6,267 bases of DNA from Candidatus Odinarchaeia archaeon (GTDB lineage: Archaea; Asgardarchaeota; Odinarchaeia; Odinarchaeales; Odinarchaeaceae): NCBI GenBank assembly GCA_029856525.1, contig JAHQXC010000073.1, positions 1-6,267 on the forward strand, given 5' to 3'. Numbering within the stretch: the first letter of the stretch is position 1; every line of letters starts with the position of its first letter. Below, in pieces: positions 1 through 5,142 of the stretch. The translations under genes were made by a program, and so were the position numbers. Below the pieces are notes generated by a model. That model saw nothing but the letters and a program-made list of their open reading frames with translations, made no database searches and had not been told where the DNA came from.

Positions 1-500
1 GAATTGACGCCTCTATATGATGTTAATATTTTGATTTTAGAGGAGAATTTTACGTGTGGTAGATTCTTATAATTCCCCGTTGCTAAATTATAGAATAATG
101 TGGAGATTGGGATCAAACTGGTTAATACTAGAAAAATAAAATAGACTTCTACTATAGGCGGCGTTGATTCAAAAAAGAATAGTCCTGTATTTTTCTCATA
201 TGGATAAATGAAGCCTACTGTAATTATTGCTTTACAGTCAGCTCCTGCTAGGAACCCTGTTCTAAAGCTTAAAAATGCTAATAGTAGACCTGAAATTGTT
301 GAAATAAACCATGAAAACAGGTTAACAGCTAACATCAGATTTATAATAAAACCGGTGATTAACGCTGAAAACCAGATTACATCAGCCACTTCTCTTTTAC
401 GTATATCTTGAATAGAGGCGGCGGCTAAAAAAACTATTAACGCGGTTAGTGGTAAAGTGTTGATTATTTTAATCCCTTCAATTATTATGATCAGAGATAT
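1..500 (-). CDS. A24-family prepilin/prearchaellin peptidase (FlaK/PibD-like GxGD aspartyl membrane protease); runs off the left window edge; start codon uncertain
   Basis: Manual translation of the minus strand (not in the ORF track) is open from an upstream TGA at 527-525 to position 1: ...IKIINTLPLTALIVFLAAASIQDIRKREVADVIWFSALITGFIINLMLAVNLFSWFISTISGLLLAFLSFRTGFLAGADCKAIITVGFIYPYEKNTGLFFFESTPPIVEVYFIFLVLTSLIPISTLFYNLATGNYK... It has both catalytic-Asp motifs of archaeal A24 peptidases (AS-x-x-D-x-x-x-RE and GAD-x-K) and several hydrophobic TM segments. The start at ATA 500-498 is a placeholder. Confidence 0.85.
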   Translation of the reverse strand, partial: MSLIIIIEGIKIINTLPLTALIVFLAAASIQDIRKREVADVIWFSALITGFIINLMLAVNLFSWFISTISGLLLAFLSFRTGFLAGADCKAIITVGFIYPYEKNTGLFFFESTPPIVEVYFIFLVLTSLIPISTLFYNLATGNYKNLPHVKFSSKIKILTSYRGVN

Positions 501-576
501 TTTAAATCCAACCTGTGGGAGGCGTCATCCAATATGGTTGAGGTGAAAGAGGGGTATTTCAGATTCTTGACATCTC

Positions 577-590
577 TATAATTGTTTTTT
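577..590 (-). promoter_or_regulatory. Possible BRE/TATA promoter for the A24 peptidase
   Basis: The minus strand reads AAAAAACAATTATA: a purine-rich run followed by a TATA-like box. This would put the TSS near 555. The motif is weak and in AT-rich DNA. Confidence 0.3.
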
Positions 591-593
591 ACT

Positions 594-668
594 AGCATGG
601 GAATATATCGAAGGCATGCTTGTAGATGCCGAGACCGGTAGCGGAAGGTGCCTGCGAAGGCTGGTTAG
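594..668. ncRNA. Candidate structured RNA element of unknown class (GC-rich intergenic island)
   Basis: 40 of 70 nt are G/C at 595-664 (57%), versus 15 of 88 (17%) in the 1944-2031 spacer. It contains several stems and a GCCT-GCGA-AGGC GNRA hairpin. I do not recognise a known family. Confidence 0.3.
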
Positions 669-669
669 T

Positions 670-1410
670 TCACATCTCCTCTCCGGGCATAACTACTATT
701 CCAAGACTGGTTATTTCAAACGGGTAACGTCTCAGAGAGTGCGCTGTAGACCTCATTTTTAAAACTATAAGGCTTCTTCTCAATTCTCCGTCCTGTTCTT
801 TAAGGGATAGAAGTATCACTCCCTGAGCTATGAATTCCTCCACTCCATATCTGCTGAAATAATGATTCTCTAACATTTCACTTGTCATTATAGATGTTAC
901 GTTAAGCTCTCTTAGTAGTGCGCTTATCTTGAATATAGCCACTCTTAAAGCTTGTGGATCGCTTATTTTAATATCTAATCCGGAAAGCGAGTCTAAGACC
1001 ACTCTTTTAGCCTGTATTTGGTTGACTGCAGTGTATATATGCTCGGCTAGCTCGTTGACTTCGAATCCTCTTCTTATAGCGAATTTTTCATCTGTCGGGA
1101 GGCCGGCTTTAGCTGAAGCGGCGTCTATTATTATCAGTTTACCTTCATCCTCTAATTTTTTTAGATCCCAGCCAAATTGAAGTGCTTCACGTCTCAACTC
1201 GTAGGGGAGCTCCTCTGATGTTATGAATACGCCGGGTTCATTATAGTTTACTATTCCTGAGACGATATATTGAAGGCACATTATAGTTTTACCTGTACCC
1301 GCTGAACCTGATACTAGTATATTATTACCTCTTATGAATCCGCCGTGGAGTATGCCGTCCAGTCCAGGGATACCTGTTTTAACACGGTCGAATACCAGCT
1401 CCTCTTCCAT
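670..1410 (-). CDS. KaiC-like / RecA-superfamily ATPase (single KaiC domain, archaeal RAD55/KaiC type), 246 aa
   Basis: N-terminal TGIPGLD..L.GG, Walker A GSAGTGKT, catalytic EE (FITSEE), Walker B VVLDSLS and arginine finger KMRS. Shine-Dalgarno GAGGTGA at 1424-1418. Confidence 0.92.
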   Translation of the reverse strand: MEEELVFDRVKTGIPGLDGILHGGFIRGNNILVSGSAGTGKTIMCLQYIVSGIVNYNEPGVFITSEELPYELRREALQFGWDLKKLEDEGKLIIIDAASAKAGLPTDEKFAIRRGFEVNELAEHIYTAVNQIQAKRVVLDSLSGLDIKISDPQALRVAIFKISALLRELNVTSIMTSEMLENHYFSRYGVEEFIAQGVILLSLKEQDGELRRSLIVLKMRSTAHSLRRYPFEITSLGIVVMPGEEM

Positions 1411-1412
1411 TA

Positions 1413-1943
1413 TTATTTCACCTCGACGGGGATAGGCTTTAAAACTTCTTCTCCTTTCTTTATATCAGTTAATAGGTTGTATTCTACTAAATCGATGTCT
1501 GGGTTTCTTCTAAGGTTTTCAATTAAATTTAAAAATTGATTTCGATCTTTAAAAACAGCTAACGCGTATATTGTAAGATGATCTTCACCTATACCTACGA
1601 ATATAATATTAGGGGATCTGGATAGTTGTAAACCTATTCTTTCAGTTCTAGTTAAACTTATTTTTTTAAGAATATGCCCGCCTACGCTGATTTTCAGAAC
1701 GCCTATGGTTTCGAATCCTAGTGTTTTAGGGCTTACATCTATAGAGAATCTTTTAATAACCCCGCTCTCCTTAAGCTTTCTAACACGGAAGTGAATTGTA
1801 GTATCAGGGATTTTCTGCTCTTCGCGGAGATGGTTTTCCCCGCTTATTATTTTTGACACTTCCTCCGCGATTTTTGTAAACGGTGTTCTAGAGTCTTCTT
1901 GCAGTATTTTCAGTATTTCTAGATCGATTTTATCAAAAGGCAT
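1413..1943 (-). CDS. Lrp/AsnC-family transcriptional regulator with an atypical HTH insertion, 176 aa
   Basis: D.ID.EILKILQEDSRTPFTKIAEEV...TTIHFRVRKLKESGVIKRF is the Lrp wHTH signature, followed by the SP..LG linker and an alpha/beta (RAM-like) C-terminal domain. Confidence 0.85.
   Translation of the reverse strand: MPFDKIDLEILKILQEDSRTPFTKIAEEVSKIISGENHLREEQKIPDTTIHFRVRKLKESGVIKRFSIDVSPKTLGFETIGVLKISVGGHILKKISLTRTERIGLQLSRSPNIIFVGIGEDHLTIYALAVFKDRNQFLNLIENLRRNPDIDLVEYNLLTDIKKGEEVLKPIPVEVK
1418..1424 (-). promoter_or_regulatory. Shine-Dalgarno site for the KaiC-like gene, embedded in the last Lrp codons
   Basis: The minus strand reads GTC GAG GTG AAA TAA TA ATG: GAGGTGA lies 7 nt before the ATG at 1410, and only 2 nt separate the two genes. 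Confidence 0.8.
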
Positions 1944-2025
1944 ATGGTATTCCTCTTATTATGTTTTTATCACAAAACTATTTAATTATATCGCAAAATA
2001 AATTTAAAGTTTTTAAATTTTATAC

Positions 2026-2030
2026 AAAAA
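2026..2030 (-). terminator. Possible oligo-U terminator after the DUF35 gene
   Basis: TAA C TTTTT on the minus strand immediately after the stop. A T5 run is short and the region is AT-rich. Confidence 0.35.
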
Positions 2031-2031
2031 G

Positions 2032-2418
2032 TTATATTAATGGTTTAAATGAGAGAATTCCTGCTGGACTAGGCTCGAAAATCAAATCCATGCCTGTTTT
2101 AAGAATCTGAACGTGTTGGTTAACATCGAAACCTGTGATTCTAGCTTCAAGTCTAGGACCCTCTTCGAGTTGAACAATACCGACAACATAGGGTGTTTCA
2201 CCTGTAAATCGTTTAGGCGGAACGTGAATAATAGTGTAAGTTAAAAGATGCGCTTTACCTGAGAGATCAACCCATTTAAACTCGGAGGATCCGCATACAC
2301 TACACTTTAAACGAGGCGGAGCTATTATATTACCACAGCCAGCGCATTTCAATCCTTTAAGCTTCCCCTCTGAAATATACTTCAGGAACCGTTTTATTGA
2401 AAAATCATCAGCCTCCAT
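2032..2418 (-). CDS. DUF35 / ChsH2-like Zn-ribbon plus OB-fold protein (thiolase partner), 128 aa
   Basis: KCAGCG...PPR.KCSVCGS rubredoxin-like C4 ribbon, then G...TYT.IH.PP..F....PY.VG.V.LEEG OB-fold signature. It lies directly downstream of a thiolase, the typical DUF35 context. Confidence 0.93.
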   Translation of the reverse strand: MEADDFSIKRFLKYISEGKLKGLKCAGCGNIIAPPRLKCSVCGSSEFKWVDLSGKAHLLTYTIIHVPPKRFTGETPYVVGIVQLEEGPRLEARITGFDVNQHVQILKTGMDLIFEPSPAGILSFKPLI

Positions 2419-2422
2419 TCAC

Positions 2423-2430
2423 TCACCTCC
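2423..2430 (-). promoter_or_regulatory. Perfect Shine-Dalgarno GGAGGTGA overlapping the thiolase stop codon
   Basis: The minus strand reads TTT AGG AGG TGA GTGA ATG. The SD includes the TGA stop and lies 4 nt before the DUF35 ATG, implying translational coupling. Confidence 0.85.
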
Positions 2431-3577
2431 TAAAAATGTGAATTATCGCCGTAGCCCCACTTCCACCTATGTTATGAGTTAAACCTATCTCCGCTCCACT
2501 TACCTGCCGCTTCCCCGCTTCCCCTCTTAGCTGAATAGAAACCTCCACAGCTTGAGCTACACCTGTACAGCCTACTGGATGACCTTTAGCCTTCAAACCA
2601 CCTGAAGGATTTATAGCAATATCACCGTCGATTTGAGTTAACCCTTGTTCAACAGCCGGGCCTCCTTCACCTGGTTTAAAGAAACCTAAATCCTCGGTGG
2701 CGATAATCTCAGCGATTGTAAAACAGTCATGAACTTCAGCTAAGTTAATCTGCTTCGCTGTGACCCCGGCCATCTCATAAGCTTTCCTAGCAGCTATTTT
2801 AGCAGCTTTCAAAGATGTTAAACTCTCTCTTTCAAACAGTGAGACGGTATCAGAGGCTTGAGCTGAAGCTATAATATACACAGGAGTGTCAGTGTATTTT
2901 CTAGCAATATCCTCTCTAGCGAGAATTAAAGCAGCAGCCCCATCGCTTATAGGTGAACAATCATATAATCCTAAAGGCCATGCAATCATAGGAGCGTTTA
3001 ATGCCTTATCTAAATCTATTTCCTTCTGGAAATGAGCTTTCGGATTCAAAAACCCGTTATGATGGTTTTTAACAGCTACAGATGCAAGCTGCTCTCTAGT
3101 TGTTCCATAAGCATCCATGTGAGCTTTCGCTATCATCGCGTATTCCCCTGGGAAAGTGGCGCCTATGCTCGCTTCAAACAGGTTATCTGCAGCGATCGAG
3201 AGAGCGTCTGTTACCTCCGAGGTTGGGAGATCAGTCATCTTCTCAACTCCGCCAACTAAAACAATATCATATAAACCTGAGAGGATAGAAAGTATACCGT
3301 GGCGTAGAGCAGCCGCTCCGCTAGCGCAGGCTGATTCGAAACGAGTCGCCGGCAGGCCTTTTAAACCAGCATAGTCAGCCATTAACGGTCCTATATGACC
3401 TTGATGTTCGAATAAATCAGCTGTAAAGTTCCCTACGTAAACTGATTCAACCTCTTTAGGCGAGATATCAGCGTCTTTAATAGCATATTCAACAGCTTCA
3501 GCGAAAAGTTCCCTGCTCGTCTTATTCTCTAATTTACCGAATTTAGTGATTCCGACACCTATTACAGCAACCTTCAA
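2423..3577 (-). CDS. Thiolase (acetyl-CoA C-acyltransferase; archaeal/SCP2-like type), 384 aa, TTG start
   Basis: Catalytic Cys in ESACASG, plus GGVEKM, DCSPISDGAAA, AEVHDCF, NPSGGLKAKGHPVG.TG and C-terminal HNIGG. SD-like GAGGTTGA at 3590-3583. Confidence 0.95.
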   Translation of the reverse strand: MKVAVIGVGITKFGKLENKTSRELFAEAVEYAIKDADISPKEVESVYVGNFTADLFEHQGHIGPLMADYAGLKGLPATRFESACASGAAALRHGILSILSGLYDIVLVGGVEKMTDLPTSEVTDALSIAADNLFEASIGATFPGEYAMIAKAHMDAYGTTREQLASVAVKNHHNGFLNPKAHFQKEIDLDKALNAPMIAWPLGLYDCSPISDGAAALILAREDIARKYTDTPVYIIASAQASDTVSLFERESLTSLKAAKIAARKAYEMAGVTAKQINLAEVHDCFTIAEIIATEDLGFFKPGEGGPAVEQGLTQIDGDIAINPSGGLKAKGHPVGCTGVAQAVEVSIQLRGEAGKRQVSGAEIGLTHNIGGSGATAIIHIFRR

Positions 3578-3787
3578 TTATATCAACCTCTAAAAAGATA
3601 ATGGACATTTACAGTTGATAAACGGAATAGATTCTAAAAGAACAGTTCTATAGTTAAATTAATAAACAGTTTATAACTTTCAATATGAGCTGGTTGTATA
3701 TTAAAGCATTTCCCCTTATTTTAATCTATATATAGTATAAAAATTAGAATAAAGTTTAATTCATGTTTAGATTAAAAAGTAAGTAAT

Positions 3788-3793
3788 AGGTGA
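3788..3793 (+). promoter_or_regulatory. Shine-Dalgarno site for tfeB
   Basis: AGGTGA lies 4 nt before the ATG at 3798. Confidence 0.75.
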
Positions 3794-3797
3794 AGCT

Positions 3798-4181
3798 ATG
3801 GTCTCAGAGCTAGAGAAGAAAGCGCTTAAAATAATCAGAGAATGCGGGGAGACAGGTCTACCGCAAAATGAATTATGGAAAAGCTTAAACACAACTAGTA
3901 GAGAAGGCCATAGAATTTCCTCGAAACTGGAGAGAAACGGATATATTAGAAGAGTTAAAGAGTTATATAAGGGAAGGTGGACTTATCGGCTTTTCCCGGT
4001 TGAGAAAGTTGAGCAGCCGGTTAAATATGATAAATTAGATAACTGTCCATGCTTCGACTGCGAAGATTTACAGAAATGCGGGTTAGGCAATGACGTTAAT
4101 CCTATTTCGTGTATTAAACAGAATAAGTGGCTTAAAGAGCTTGAAAACCAGGCAGATTTAAAAAGCGAAAACCATGCTTAA
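3798..4181 (+). CDS. tfeB: Transcription factor E subunit beta (TFE-beta; RPC34/hRPC39-like winged helix plus 4Fe-4S domain), 127 aa
   Basis: N-terminal MarR-like wHTH (G..QNELWKSL..TSREGHRI..KLE..GYI.R...LYKGRWTY.L) and C-terminal PC-x2-C-x5-C-x10-C-x5-W (PCFDCEDLQKCGLGNDVNPISCIKQNKW). This matches the Fe-S motif of crenarchaeal TFE-beta and RPC34. Confidence 0.85.
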   Translation: MVSELEKKALKIIRECGETGLPQNELWKSLNTTSREGHRISSKLERNGYIRRVKELYKGRWTYRLFPVEKVEQPVKYDKLDNCPCFDCEDLQKCGLGNDVNPISCIKQNKWLKELENQADLKSENHA

Positions 4182-5063
4182 ATAACCGACTATAGCATCC
4201 CTTGAACCTTGAACGTCATAGCTTGTAGCATATTTTAAAACACGTATATTTCTGATAGCTAAAGCTCTAGCTATTGTGGTTAAAATCGTTACAGGAATAT
4301 ACCCGCACATCGTGGTTTTAACCGCTTTATTATACGTATCCTCGGGGTTTAATTTTCTAATAGAATCAGCTATCCCGCCGTCTGTTGCATTCATCCACTC
4401 TAAGATTTTATTTATATCGTCATCGCCAACCGGGGCGAAACCATAATACATACTACCATAATGCGTCATATCAGTGCTCGCTATAACGATCGTATCACTC
4501 CAATCAATGATTCCAGCTAGTTTACCGCCTATAACTAAACATTTCTCTAATGAGACACCCCCGCATACTATCGGAACTATCTTAAAACTGTCGCCGTAAA
4601 TATACTGTAGAAAAGGAATTTGAACCTCTAAACTATGCTCGCTTATATGAGGCCAAGCGTCGCTGATTATATAACTATGCCCGCTAGGATCCCGTCCGGC
4701 TTCAACTCTTATTTTTTCAGCTAGCATACGGTCAATTTCAACCATTCCAAGCGGGGTCTCCCATAAACCTTCACTCATCACAGCGATCCCCGGGTAACCT
4801 GTATGGCTGGGGCCTAAAATTATCACCGTCCTAGGCTTTATCGCGGATAGTTCATAGTATAAGTGCGCTGCTATAGGGCCTGAATAAATATAACCTGCAT
4901 GCGGGGATATACCGCCGATAATCCTGTCAACGCGCTCAGATGTTTTTTTACCAGGGAGGCTGCCTGGACCGAGTCTGTGAAGAAAAGATTTCTCTATAAT
5001 TTTAATTAACTCTGATCTACTAGAAGGATAGAATCCTATAGCAGCAGGTCTCCTAATATTCAC
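4158..5063 (-). CDS. amrB: MEMO1-family protein / AmmeMemoRadiSam system protein B (LigB-like dioxygenase fold)
   Basis: Motifs R.PA..GFYP, ISPHAGYIYSG, ILGPSH, EHSLEVQIPFL, ASTDMTHYG and TMCG. The start is moved from the ORF-track GTG at 5072 to the GTG at 5063, because GAGGTG (5075-5070) then acts as an SD with a 6-nt spacer. Confidence 0.92.
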   Translation of the reverse strand: MNIRRPAAIGFYPSSRSELIKIIEKSFLHRLGPGSLPGKKTSERVDRIIGGISPHAGYIYSGPIAAHLYYELSAIKPRTVIILGPSHTGYPGIAVMSEGLWETPLGMVEIDRMLAEKIRVEAGRDPSGHSYIISDAWPHISEHSLEVQIPFLQYIYGDSFKIVPIVCGGVSLEKCLVIGGKLAGIIDWSDTIVIASTDMTHYGSMYYGFAPVGDDDINKILEWMNATDGGIADSIRKLNPEDTYNKAVKTTMCGYIPVTILTTIARALAIRNIRVLKYATSYDVQGSRDAIVGYLSMVFAF

Positions 5064-5128
5064 AGCCGACACCTCTAATAGAATATAAGTGAAACTATTA
5101 TTTTAACACTACAATTGAATCACGGAAT

Positions 5129-5141
5129 GAAAAGGAAACAA
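5129..5141 (-). terminator. Possible pyrimidine/U-rich terminator after thrC
   Basis: The minus strand reads TTGTTTCCTTTTC just after the thrC TAA. Confidence 0.35.
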
Positions 5142-5142
5142 T

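Noticed and set aside
208-411. Plus-strand 67-aa ORF from the track
   Set aside because: It is the antisense shadow of the A24 peptidase, which has clear catalytic motifs on the minus strand.
489-532. Possible C/D-box sRNA on the minus strand (TGGATGA ... CTGA)
   Set aside because: The C box deviates from RTGATGA, there is no internal D'/C' pair, and the unit is too short and overlaps the peptidase 5' end.
519-575. GATGACGCCT on the minus strand resembling the 3' end of a fluoride riboswitch
   Set aside because: There is no matching 5' GGNGAUGGYGUUCNCC hairpin or pseudoknot partner, and no crcB-type gene downstream.
567-582. TTGACA and TATAAT, exact sigma70 -35 and -10 hexamers
   Set aside because: The spacer is only 4 nt rather than about 17, and the context is archaeal.
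608-634. Archaeal SECIS-like GAA bulge followed by three G-C pairs
   Set aside because: The lower stem is only 2 bp, the 3' bulge is GA rather than A, and no selenoprotein gene is present on that strand.
929-1539. Plus-strand ORFs 929-1180 and 1345-1539
   Set aside because: Antisense to kaiC-like and lrp, with no recognisable motifs.
3032-3374. Three plus-strand ORFs (3032-3259, 3100-3288, 3156-3374)
   Set aside because: Antisense shadows of the thiolase.
3726-3735. Palindrome CTATATATAG in the divergent promoter region
   Set aside because: A low-complexity TA repeat, most likely just a TATA-box region; not supportable as an operator.
4158-5063. MEMO1 present without AMMECR1 and radical SAM partners
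   Set aside because: Dispersal of the AmmeMemoRadiSam genes is common in archaea, so this is not unusual.
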